Part shown: in pieces, positions 19,701-26,175 of the stretch
How the letters are laid out: each line of letters starts with the position of its first letter
Position numbering within the stretch: the first letter of the stretch is position 1
Source: an uncultured Lachnospiraceae bacterium
Lineage (GTDB): Bacteria; Bacillota; Clostridia; Lachnospirales; Lachnospiraceae
DNA: 64,000 nucleotides
Direction of reading: 5' to 3'
Assembly: GCA_947164865.1 (NCBI GenBank)
Contig: CAMUYA010000016.1
Coordinates: forward strand, 1,603 to 65,602
Translations under genes and position numbers: made by a program
Notes under the pieces: model-generated
Told to the model about the DNA's origin: nothing
The model's database searches: none
What the model saw: only the letters and a program-made list of their open reading frames with translations

Positions 19701-20000
19701 TCTTATATCCTTGCTTCTGGCGACGCTCTTTTTTCTGTCCTTTGCACTGTATTTTGAATTCTTTTTTTCAAGTGCCCTGGCTTTCCTGTCATCAATAGTC
19801 TGATCCTCTTCGCTTTTATTGATCTTCCGGAACTCGGAAAAGAGTGCCTCAACTGTCCAGCTTTTGTTCAGGGCTATATCTTTATTCTCATAGAACTTGT
19901 ATGTGTTAACCTTTTCGGCCCCGATCATAAGGCCCCGGTCGCCCTCCTCAATATGAGTTTCCTTAACCTTTATTTTGTTGAGCTCGTCAAAATCTGCCAT
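10779..20000 (-). CDS. Giant 3073-aa Lys/Glu-rich, largely helical protein of unknown function; no signal peptide or anchor
   Basis: Uninterrupted 9.2 kb ORF with RBS GAGG. Long heptad coiled coil near aa 1070-1230, three internal repeats near aa 1985-2505. I recognise no catalytic family. Confidence 0.9.
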   Translation of the reverse strand: MADFDELNKIKVKETHIEEGDRGLMIGAEKVNTYKFYENKDIALNKSWTVEALFSEFRKINKSEEDQTIDDRKARALEKKNSKYSAKDRKKSVARSKDIRNRKMAEVDFDNMMGHGILKSGELLKLEKKYIELDAEAREEYIKAYMVDDDKYAIDISMNKMRKYYRLIRMYIDHSRDEGISERTRNGYANEIKKLRAKLDKEMKEIRNIKGYGKYFTWEKVTGHVKEKAKHTAQQNIARDNVKADEIREARQAEKQRRLNAIDARRQMVISGKWAGDDGEEKEIDSDWKLTEFSAFINNELFTDKEHDLYTDEQYRAKLSELNGIVKENLKALDRMAVKGMINSIRGQEKNKQSREMLISFLDAGVPWVKKYCVDMHKAVFGNNLLVGKSVENTLKKSTMAIKKGDIAPFYKAAGRWSILQKADLGGRGVVLAKSKALLKLLGPDEETEALGLKDEDLTNMVRRAQGTDRLLRRMVVERFGRFAADDIYKDLRNFIGDKALFAGNRVIKDYAERYLNGLALTNRKYAQKQKAYDEAYKNRISGPFSEVMRPAVEKYLLSRKDKWDEAGNQQELMERELEVVTLYLAGMEKALEGKTLSEQGWKKLYKACSKFLTDKVGSLKRESDDVMIQGFAAVVERSTKVYFDEDEGGEKISCYEYCGKRKAAVKEPRVDTLTFGEMIKQLINGDKFSAVIPDRGIRKFLSDNLNVILFKSPVIRERFPFMKDVKGIDGLDDLGFDQIENMMIYLHESITAGGADEEIKKMLIKYEVTPEVQKRALLEIMRSGASKDDIKNVFRAEYNKQTQQNKLVRKKLLVTIGTDKEMRDGKIRYRYEDMPDREKTLAQSFLGWDKDWMRKRAAHANRASEVWKRLEELGPEAVMQVRKWLKSALSSDNPDGSLMDLAQAIQGDKKKFKFFTVKVKGNANVVTDDKLAAKGGEEQFLDDIREAFMGVKEPDAEDELEAIEKKKKKKVEKDQIKVTDFIYEMCMFGVQDILMGHGGEFQEYFFTYGSKPEEEYRDNLFSIANYAYDRTQVLEDMIKDYPPELQPQLRNKLARTVLKMRDTHYQNEKGLLAELPKKQGKIKDLEDRKNALQKENDNFDKDTADAKKKLRIAEGSIDELRKKHQEATKLRESKEAELSQYRDKIKNLKKSERKAKKEEHDAKLKELDEQLKECRQKEYKAHDEVREADRVIMECNDLISAANKKIYDNNTQSKKLDEEIRAISDEISKFSAGDEAQLSYKEQRLNQEAFGVQNLDQLGSMLHSLISVNDGKQSDELFETSMLYKERRKLLAEYKDGLLEPIVDTIMGIPELTIDILDSAETVAIECIEKLYSRFAPLGMAIKDQKYSFVGEFFTEDNLKNYLNEDKAEYKEYEKVLNENDAEMAVKYWSRKLEEFTGLYLTQSKQNTKSILSNLEQGTGDAQKSLTYYFKAEEENPWFDKINEEEVKERNKLKKEGRSLKFKIGNVVTFGLTAKLDSVADAFDRGKRKANGLIKQMNDHLLENSDTIQAANLQGTLEEYYKNQIDNFKANDSLAQETFLKYVLTHTDSVSEELGEVLSQGFEADIDVRKTISSMTFEQQRKLQSSLEDFRNYIRDAALMGDPKKFKKNLNKTIEEFLSSKKTALEEDVSFRPESIAEAKERIKQMQDAQTAVAVKKSEGRTLYNEKLFAGKLDTLKELGQIKTSLIYAAQSKKGEVKVGSKGEEKDKSRFAEAKQMFKKEGDITYPDILADCLDEYVRLNSSFLTKADRAADWVLGEDNDVKIEAERLKGIYKYAAGEAKIPEEAMDLYLVYAAKFQEKTGTGDNLKKLTSKFKNFYVKLSELEKMSFNDSGLILAHRDICEKMRAYIISLNGDQKAFAGMIDAQKKYLSCAEKAYGVIDKVLAEDAYTKDLDVVSRSRYVGGLREYFTGSIITASEGELDAAAFAEEVKERISTSFNIEALLVKGDSVSNKDFEEQNIYPGVKTRKDFEHMIGITSDKWLVEKYNELDSEQRKIFAIALYASKPEERGTQRAVYGMKADVIKTERKQILDYIAGKPGDLQVDYARSIRAVTLRYKNFRLTGDEELFKTALQFVEKVEKKKNLLRPKDFDRMNAAEENMKVADRYRKNKATESVNIGQQSKTLHKADVKSQSDLYRFLGDYSQTDIEREDKQGLVGRVGTKVSKLLHNRVKVENVKARFDKMSSSQRGLLIYILQNRTILDFSSAGKDEKTKKVPHVDSAGRFKMYEKLLSEEGRLEALRDAADPEFVQKALASLLSFQVRDDVELPEGELRESDFVESSINRIRVVDWDLLDAAMDFLAEIDRERIKKFAVRQSRNLLRQDAEEKKDKKTNSARFYSQHKSLMETGASSVETFENMIISAFEEDKLNNGQSNADDLLTGYYKLNANEKKLFIKALENRDILDVSQKNLYKNVFGLAERDFVNPVDRDALIDEYLANGNDTELGEGACMAAFESLLSREVNDDMKFENVDINWANKNLYVNNQLLVTDRKTVIDWKLFERALQFVTRTTSESKMVSGDQAVYESLGDKQKNGEFKMDNSFLRVNLHHTGSRFMRFLAREGYDEIKDNLGFFDTAVGFADYIVSQKTANFLHDQANEMLEKDKEKEDDLVEDMEVEEEKPKDGETQEQFEARIKKEKEEAFKRKNHDLRGIYDLAGSFQEQKEVLKTFGKNIKSVIGAYKDVLDDKEEEKELSDGLSETLKGVEATEIVNHEITGYKYVDMVLRFSGKAIKGAADAKAAIDAFAENDEQLEKIDGYIEKYMKGFVSTKAIGEWYTDKAEAFEQKVDDLLPDFVKNNVTKLLKAAEETGDLLDWAKTYVNPVISMIGDFKDIVEASINIKKLGDAKDEGAKKSAEDKSKIENLNVSQKKKVSLTEVLNNNKALVSGGTDMTKNIESRKISKAAGTVAGKVAEYAGVEGASKIIDKVVDLANYFWHCMSDKNTVRDYYQGAGNATVKDIYAAREQVEEKFRYHDKPESYVSKHKTKKDVNGNIVVGSRQLDLIRNAQGFERDEELVDFIRLNMVHAILFSASDYNPFEEPRILAKCTLAVLGLEDAIGKTDNETAVSVFKKLRE

Positions 20001-20025
20001 TTCATCATCCTCATCGTAACAAATG

Positions 20026-20051
20026 CACCGGGCAAAAAATGCTGCCCGGTG
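20026..20051 (-). other. Intra-operon stem-loop between the GNAT gene and the giant gene
   Basis: CACCGGGCA-8 nt-TGCCCGGTG, perfect 9-bp GC-rich stem. Confidence 0.55.
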
Positions 20052-20061
20052 GCTGTATAGT

Positions 20062-20895
20062 TTACTGTGCCATCATCTCACCGAATTCATCCAGCTCCTC
20101 GACAGACCAGCCGTTCCAGGTTGCAATACATACCGTCTGTCCCTCGCCCTTATCTCCAAAGAAACCGTCCGCCATTCCGGCTGCCTCGGGTGTCACGGCT
20201 GAAAACCAGATATCCGCATCCGGATACAGATCATCTGCAACCTTGCAAGCATGACCAAGCAGTTCTCCCACCACGATCGCATTCCTTGCCTGTGTGAAAA
20301 GGAACGAAAGCTCAAGCTCCTTTTTACCGTGTTTCCTGAAAAACACCGCTCCGCTTACCTTTCCGTCACTTACGGCAGCGAGGCACATATTCTTTTCAAG
20401 AAGAGGATCCTCAATGTCGACAAATCCTTCGAAGCCTTCCTCCGATGCCGCCCTGATAAAGGCTGTCCGTTGCTTTGCATCAAGCGAAAAGAATTCCTTC
20501 ACACCCGGGCTTGCCTTTTTCAAGGTCTTCCAGCGACTGTTCTTTTTTCTGGCATCCGCGGTGATTGTAAATATTTCCTTGTTCTCCCTCACCGTAAAAT
20601 TCGGCTGTGCCTCAAAAAACTCCGCAAGATCCTCACTTTCATCCGCAAGGAAGGATGCCTGCACCGGAACAAATCCTTCCGAACGGGCGATAATGCTCAA
20701 AGCGTTCTGGAGCAGCATGCTTCCTATACCCTTCCGTCTCTCGCTTTCTTTCACAAAAAGGTATGTGATATTGACCCCTTCAGACAGTTCAAGGCAGAGC
20801 TCAGCGATGAGCCCTGCCTTTCCGTTTCTTACTCCGAGTCTTATTTCACCTTTTTCTTCCGAAACACTGAGTTTAACTACTTCTGGTCTCTCCAT
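20062..20895 (-). CDS. Tandem GNAT-fold protein (N-terminal domain keeps the acetyl-CoA motif, C-terminal domain degenerate)
   Basis: ITYLFVKESERRKGIGSMLL is GNAT motif A (R-x-x-G-x-G); 277 aa; resembles 53879-54733. Confidence 0.75.
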   Translation of the reverse strand: MERPEVVKLSVSEEKGEIRLGVRNGKAGLIAELCLELSEGVNITYLFVKESERRKGIGSMLLQNALSIIARSEGFVPVQASFLADESEDLAEFFEAQPNFTVRENKEIFTITADARKKNSRWKTLKKASPGVKEFFSLDAKQRTAFIRAASEEGFEGFVDIEDPLLEKNMCLAAVSDGKVSGAVFFRKHGKKELELSFLFTQARNAIVVGELLGHACKVADDLYPDADIWFSAVTPEAAGMADGFFGDKGEGQTVCIATWNGWSVEELDEFGEMMAQ

Positions 20896-20928
20896 ATGTT
20901 CTCTCCCGGTAAAATAATCTTTATAAAA

Positions 20929-23007
20929 CTATTCTTTGTCTGTCTTTGCCGCATCGATCTCGCGCTGCGCGATGTCATTGGGAGCCTGCTCATATCTTGC
21001 AAACTCATACGAGAACACGCCGCTTCCCCTTGTCATGGAGTAGAGCCTTGTGTCGTATTCATAGAGCTCAAGATAAGGGATCTCTGCAGTGATCTCGGTG
21101 TTGCCGTTTCCGACGGGATTCATTCCCAGCACCTTGCCTCTGCGCTTGTTGAGATCACCCATTACATCTCCGGTGAAATCATCGGGTAAAGTGACCGTAA
21201 GGGTTGCAATGGGCTCGAGAAGCACGGGATCGGAATTCATGAATCCCTGCTTGAATGCCTGCTCTGTAGCGACCTTGAATGCAAGCTCGGATGAGTCAAC
21301 CGTGTGATAACTTCCGTCGTAGAGAGTAACCTTTACTCCGGTAACGGGGTATCCTGCAAGAGGACCTGCCTTGACTGATTCCGCAACACCCTTTTCGACT
21401 GCGGGGAAGTAGTTCTTTGGAACCGCACCGCCCACAACCGTCTGTTCAAATACATACTGGCGCTCTGAGTCATAGGAAGGCTCGAGATAGATCTTGACAT
21501 GTCCGTACTGTCCGTGTCCGCCCGACTGCTTTTTGTATTTGTACTCGGTATCGGATTTCTTGCGTACAGTCTCCTTGAAGGCAATACGTGGCTTTTCGAG
21601 CACGATATCGACTTTGTATTTGTCGGACAGTATGCTCTGAACCACATCGAGCTGCTGACCGCTTATACCGTAAAGGAGTGTCTGTCCGTTTTCGGCATCG
21701 TTTACTGTCTTGAGTGTAAGATCCTCTGCGCACATCTTGGCAAGTGCCTGTGAGATCTTGTCCTCATCGCCCTTGTTCTTGGCCTTATAGCTTCTGTAAA
21801 CGTAGGGCTTTGAGATAGCTGCGCGCAGGTAGGTAACGGGATTCTTTCTGGTGGAAAGTGAATCCGTGGTCTGGGTGACTGCCAGCTTTGCAAGAGCGCC
21901 TAAATCTCCTGCGTGAAGCTCTGCAACTTCCTCGGCCTTTCCTGCGCTGAATATGTAGAGCTTTCCAATCTTTTCATCCGCATCACGGTGATAGTTGAAA
22001 AGCACATCATCAGGCTTGAGCACGCCTGAATTAACCTTGATAAGTGAATACTTTCCAATGAAAGGATCCACGATGGTCTTGTATACGTAAGCCGACTTTG
22101 GCTTAGAGAAATCATAATCCGCCTCAAATACTTCGTTGTTGGTGGTATTGATTCCCGCACATTTACATCTGTCGGGGCTGGGGAAGTATTTGATGATGTC
22201 GGCCATGAGAGTATACATTCCTCTTGCAAGTGTATTGGATCCCATGAGCACCGGCACGATGGAGCCGTCAAACACGCCGACTCTCATTGCAGCTCTGATC
22301 TCGTCCTCGGAGAATTCATCTCCTCCGAAGTATCTTTCCATAAATTCTTCGCTGGTCTCGGCTACTGCCTCTAAAAGTACGTCACGGCAAATCTTGAGGT
22401 TTTCCTGTGAATAATCGGGAACGTCGAATTTATCGACCTTTCCCTCGGCATTCCAGCGTTTAGCCTTCTGCTGGATAACATTAACGTATCCTACAAATTC
22501 TTCGTTCTCGCGGATGGGAAGGTGGAACGGAGCTATTCTCTTGCCGTAAAGATCCTGCAGATCCTTAACTACATTCTTGAAGCTGGCCTTGTCGATATCC
22601 ATCTCGGTAACGAATACCATTCTCGGAATCTTTTTCTTTTCGCACATTTCCCATGCACGCTTAGTTCCCGCTTCGATACCGGCCTTACCTGACACAACTA
22701 TGATAGCTGCATCGGCCACCGAGAGTGCTTCCTCTGCCTCTCCTATGAAATCAGGTGATCCGGGAGTGTCAAGGAGATTGATCTTGTAATCCTCCCAGGG
22801 GATCGCGATCAGTGTAGTGTTGATGGATATTCCTCTCTTGACCTCTTCCTTGTCATAGTCACTGAGAGTGTTTCCGTTTGCGGTGCTGCCCATGCGTCCG
22901 GTTACCCCTGCCAGGTACGCCATCGCTTCCGCAAGCGAAGTCTTTCCACAGCCTCCGTGCCCCAAAAGCACTACGTTTCTGATCTTGTCAGTAGTAAATA
23001 CGTTCAT
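20929..23007 (-). CDS. fusA: Elongation factor G paralogue (EF-G2/fusA2 type)
   Basis: GHGGCGKTSL, RGISI, DTPG, KKQSGGHGQYG, DGSYHTVDSSELAFK, LLEPI, GDVMGDLNKRRG. Start at ATG 23007, 9 nt after AAGGAGG. Confidence 0.92.
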   Translation of the reverse strand: MNVFTTDKIRNVVLLGHGGCGKTSLAEAMAYLAGVTGRMGSTANGNTLSDYDKEEVKRGISINTTLIAIPWEDYKINLLDTPGSPDFIGEAEEALSVADAAIIVVSGKAGIEAGTKRAWEMCEKKKIPRMVFVTEMDIDKASFKNVVKDLQDLYGKRIAPFHLPIRENEEFVGYVNVIQQKAKRWNAEGKVDKFDVPDYSQENLKICRDVLLEAVAETSEEFMERYFGGDEFSEDEIRAAMRVGVFDGSIVPVLMGSNTLARGMYTLMADIIKYFPSPDRCKCAGINTTNNEVFEADYDFSKPKSAYVYKTIVDPFIGKYSLIKVNSGVLKPDDVLFNYHRDADEKIGKLYIFSAGKAEEVAELHAGDLGALAKLAVTQTTDSLSTRKNPVTYLRAAISKPYVYRSYKAKNKGDEDKISQALAKMCAEDLTLKTVNDAENGQTLLYGISGQQLDVVQSILSDKYKVDIVLEKPRIAFKETVRKKSDTEYKYKKQSGGHGQYGHVKIYLEPSYDSERQYVFEQTVVGGAVPKNYFPAVEKGVAESVKAGPLAGYPVTGVKVTLYDGSYHTVDSSELAFKVATEQAFKQGFMNSDPVLLEPIATLTVTLPDDFTGDVMGDLNKRRGKVLGMNPVGNGNTEITAEIPYLELYEYDTRLYSMTRGSGVFSYEFARYEQAPNDIAQREIDAAKTDKE

Positions 23008-23091
23008 GCCCAAATTCCTCCTTCTCGAGTTATAAAATTTGTACCCTAATCACTATTCTAACACATTTTTCTGTCTTTTAATATCCTGTTT

Positions 23092-23472
23092 TAACTTGCA
23101 GGTTAATGTACTATCGGTAATTCATTTTATTTAGTGACGGCATGGACAATATGAGTTGTAGTTTGTCTCATGGGCTCTGCTGCTAAGCGCGACGCCTAAT
23201 TCGATCAAACTACAATCTCATATCGCCCATACCTGTCGCTAAGTAAGTATTATTGTTGATTACTTAATCAGTAACAGCGAGTTCGTGCAAATGCTATGCT
23301 GAGAGCAATGTGTCTGAGGCCGGCACTTACTGAGAACGAGTGAAACGAAGTTCGAAGTTAGTACCGCTGCTCGAAGACCCATAGCTGCGAAGCGGTGCGC
23401 GAAGCATACATTTGTGCGGACTCGCGTAACTCAGTTACTAATAAACTCGATAGTAAGTTAAACTGCAAGTTA
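23092..23472. mobile_element. 381-bp MITE-like element / highly structured non-coding repeat
   Basis: 25-bp terminal inverted repeats with 22/25 identity (TAACTTGCAGgTTAAtgTACTATCG at 23092-23116, mirror at 23448-23472), TA at both ends, nested long internal stems, no convincing ORF. Confidence 0.65.
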
Positions 23473-25077
23473 TCCCACTATTTTGTGAAGAGCCTTGCGG
23501 ACAGCGCCGGTTCCTGCGATAAGCTCATTAAAATATTCTGTGACAAGCTCAGCAAGCCCTGCCTTGAACAGATCGACACCCCATATAGTCGCATCCTCAA
23601 GAAGATCCTTAAGCGCATCTGCGGACACCTTGTCTCCGAGCTTTATTCCGGCAACAACCTTCATCGAAGCCTCAAGCCTCGGATCATCGCTGGGCTTGAA
23701 CTCTTTTCCGCTGTCATCAACAGCCATAAGATACCTGAGCCATCCCGCAAATACAAAAGGAATGCACTTAAGATCTCCCACATTCATCCCTCTTGCGATA
23801 TAATTCTTGATCGTCTCGCCGAATCTGATGGGAAGCTTCTGCGAAGTGTCGGTTGCGATCCTCTGAGGAGTATCCGGCATAAAAGGATTGGGCACGCGCA
23901 CGTTGAGTACCGTATCTATGAACTCCTTGGGATCCAGCACTCCGGGATCAACCACGACGGGAAGTCCCTCTTTGTAACCGATGATCTCCACAAGCTTCTT
24001 CAGATCAGCATCCTTCATCTCGTCGGATATTCTGGTGAATCCCAACAGACATCCGTATACGGCAAGAGCTGTGTGCAGAGGATTGAGGCATGTGCAGACT
24101 TTCATCTTCTCAACCTTGTCAACAGTCTCTCTGTCGGTAAAGATCACTCCCACTTTGTCAAGCGCAGGCCTTCCGTTGGGGAAGTTATCCTCAACCACAA
24201 GGTACTGAGTCTCCTCCGCATTTACAAAAGGCGCTACATATGTTCCCTTTGTGGTAACCACGGGATCAAGCCCGTCGAGAGCGTCACTGCGCAATATATC
24301 CTCAACCGATGCATCAGGCCTCGGGGTTATCTTATCTATCATTGACCAGGGGAATGAAACCCTGGCAGGATCGTTGATGTAATCCAGGAACTCCTTCTCG
24401 GCTTTTCCGTTTTCGCCCCACGCCTTTGCAAATGCGCTCACTGCTCCATAAAGCTTATCACCGTTGTGTGAGCAGTTGTCCGTGGAAAGCATTGTAATGG
24501 GAAGCCTTCCGGCCTTAAATCTGGCATAGAGAAGGGCTGTCACTTTTCCCATGTATGTCAGCGGCCTTTCGGGGCCTTTGGTGAAATCCGATATTATGGC
24601 GGGAGCAACAGTGCCTGCGGCATTTACTATGCTGTAGCCTTTCTCCGTGATGGTAAAGGTGGCCATCTTGAGCGAAGGAGACGTAAATATTTCTTTTAAT
24701 CTGTCAAATTCGGCACCGTTTTCCGAGTCCAGAATGCACGATTCCGAAACAGATCCGATCACTCTTTTGCCGATGGATCCGTCGCTCTTAAGCGTCACAA
24801 GCACCGACAGATTATCGTTATTCCTGTAGGACTTTTCGATTATCTCATAATCAAAACCCTCGATAACGATAACACCCTTGTCGGAATAGCCCTTTTCCAG
24901 CATATCCTGGCTGAGTGCGGCATGGAAAGCGCGGAACAGATTACCGCCGCCGAAGTGCACCCATTCGGGGTTCTTCTTTGTGTTTTCGCTTACGGATGCG
25001 ATGTCGAATTTGGGAAGATCATAACCCTTGTCTTCCCACTCTTTTTTGTTGCTGATACCGCTTAAACTGAGTTTCAT
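23470..25077 (-). CDS. uxuB: D-mannonate oxidoreductase (mannitol dehydrogenase family)
   Basis: WVHFGGGNLFRAF, TFTITEKGY, LSTDNC, MIDKITP, KVCTCLNPLHT, DTSQKLPIRF; overlaps uxuA by 4 nt. Confidence 0.85.
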   Translation of the reverse strand: MKLSLSGISNKKEWEDKGYDLPKFDIASVSENTKKNPEWVHFGGGNLFRAFHAALSQDMLEKGYSDKGVIVIEGFDYEIIEKSYRNNDNLSVLVTLKSDGSIGKRVIGSVSESCILDSENGAEFDRLKEIFTSPSLKMATFTITEKGYSIVNAAGTVAPAIISDFTKGPERPLTYMGKVTALLYARFKAGRLPITMLSTDNCSHNGDKLYGAVSAFAKAWGENGKAEKEFLDYINDPARVSFPWSMIDKITPRPDASVEDILRSDALDGLDPVVTTKGTYVAPFVNAEETQYLVVEDNFPNGRPALDKVGVIFTDRETVDKVEKMKVCTCLNPLHTALAVYGCLLGFTRISDEMKDADLKKLVEIIGYKEGLPVVVDPGVLDPKEFIDTVLNVRVPNPFMPDTPQRIATDTSQKLPIRFGETIKNYIARGMNVGDLKCIPFVFAGWLRYLMAVDDSGKEFKPSDDPRLEASMKVVAGIKLGDKVSADALKDLLEDATIWGVDLFKAGLAELVTEYFNELIAGTGAVRKALHKIVG

Positions 25078-26159
25078 CTCTTCTCGATTCCTCTCGTGTG
25101 ACTCTTTTCTATAGCCTCCCAGAGCCCGTTGAGATACGTAGCTCCGAGAGCCCTGTCATAAAGCCCGTAGCCGGGCATTGCCACCTCATCCCATATCATT
25201 CTGCCGTGATCTGGACGGATCGGTCCGTCAAATCCTATGTCATAAAGTGCCTTCATGATCTCATACATATCAAAGCTTCCGTCGCTTGAAAGATGAGCCG
25301 ACTCCTCAAAATTGGTAGGGGAGTGGAACTTAAGGTTGCGGACATGGGCAAAATGAATGCGTCCTTTCAGGGATCTGATCATATCCGGAAGATCGTTTTC
25401 CAGATTTGTTCCGTATGAACCCGAGCAGAAGGTTACTCCGTTGTGGGGATTATCCACCATCTGCATCATGCGTAGAATGTTTTTCTTGTTGATGATGATC
25501 CTGGGAAGACCAAATACACTCCATGCTGGATCATCGGGATGGATGGCCATGTTAATGTCGTACTTGTCGCAGACAGGCATTATCTTTTCCAGGAAGTACT
25601 TAAGGTTTGCGAAAAGCTTTTCGTCGTCGACATCCTTATACTGCTCAAAAAGCTCCTTGATGTGAGCCATTCTCTCAGGCTCCCATCCGGGAAGTATCGC
25701 GCCGTTTGCATCCCCCGCTATCATATCAAACATTTTCTCGGGCTCTATGGCATCTACAGCTTCCTGAGTGTAAGCAAGCACGGTGGATCCGTCGGGGCGC
25801 ACTCTTGCAAGCTCCGTTCTGGTCCAGTCGAATACCGGCATAAAATTGTAGCAGACAAGATGAATATCTTCTTTTCCGAGATTCTCAAGAGTCTCTATAT
25901 AGTTAGCGATGTACTGCTCGCGCTCGGGCGCACCGGTCTTGATCGCGTCGTGTACGTTAACGCTTTCGATACCGGATATGTGAAGGCCTGCCGCAGCCAC
26001 CTCATCCTTGAGAGCTTTGATCCTCTCTCTGCTCCAAACTTCACCGGGCTGTGTGTCATAAAGCGTCGTGATGACACCGGTCACCCCGGGGATCTGTCTT
26101 ATCTGTTTTAAAGTAACGGTATCGAACTTCGACCCGTACCAGCGAAAGGTCATTTCCAT
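25074..26159 (-). CDS. uxuA: Mannonate dehydratase
   Basis: MEMTFRWYG, ESVNVH, CYNFMPVFDWTRT, AIHPDDP, HFAHVRN, PIRPDHGR, PGYGLYDRALG. Confidence 0.97.
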   Translation of the reverse strand: MEMTFRWYGSKFDTVTLKQIRQIPGVTGVITTLYDTQPGEVWSRERIKALKDEVAAAGLHISGIESVNVHDAIKTGAPEREQYIANYIETLENLGKEDIHLVCYNFMPVFDWTRTELARVRPDGSTVLAYTQEAVDAIEPEKMFDMIAGDANGAILPGWEPERMAHIKELFEQYKDVDDEKLFANLKYFLEKIMPVCDKYDINMAIHPDDPAWSVFGLPRIIINKKNILRMMQMVDNPHNGVTFCSGSYGTNLENDLPDMIRSLKGRIHFAHVRNLKFHSPTNFEESAHLSSDGSFDMYEIMKALYDIGFDGPIRPDHGRMIWDEVAMPGYGLYDRALGATYLNGLWEAIEKSHTRGIEKR

Positions 26160-26175
26160 TTTTTTACCTCATCCA

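Noticed and set aside
10779-20000. SMC, RHS/YD, RTX or phage tape-measure identity for the giant protein
   Set aside because: No Walker A/signature motifs, YD repeats, GGxGxD nonamers or phage neighbours were seen.
23092-23472. tRNA, tmRNA, RNase P, riboswitch or group II intron identity for the folded element
   Set aside because: I found no T-loop/CCA, tag ORF, RNase P core or domain V signature; the terminal inverted repeats fit a MITE better.
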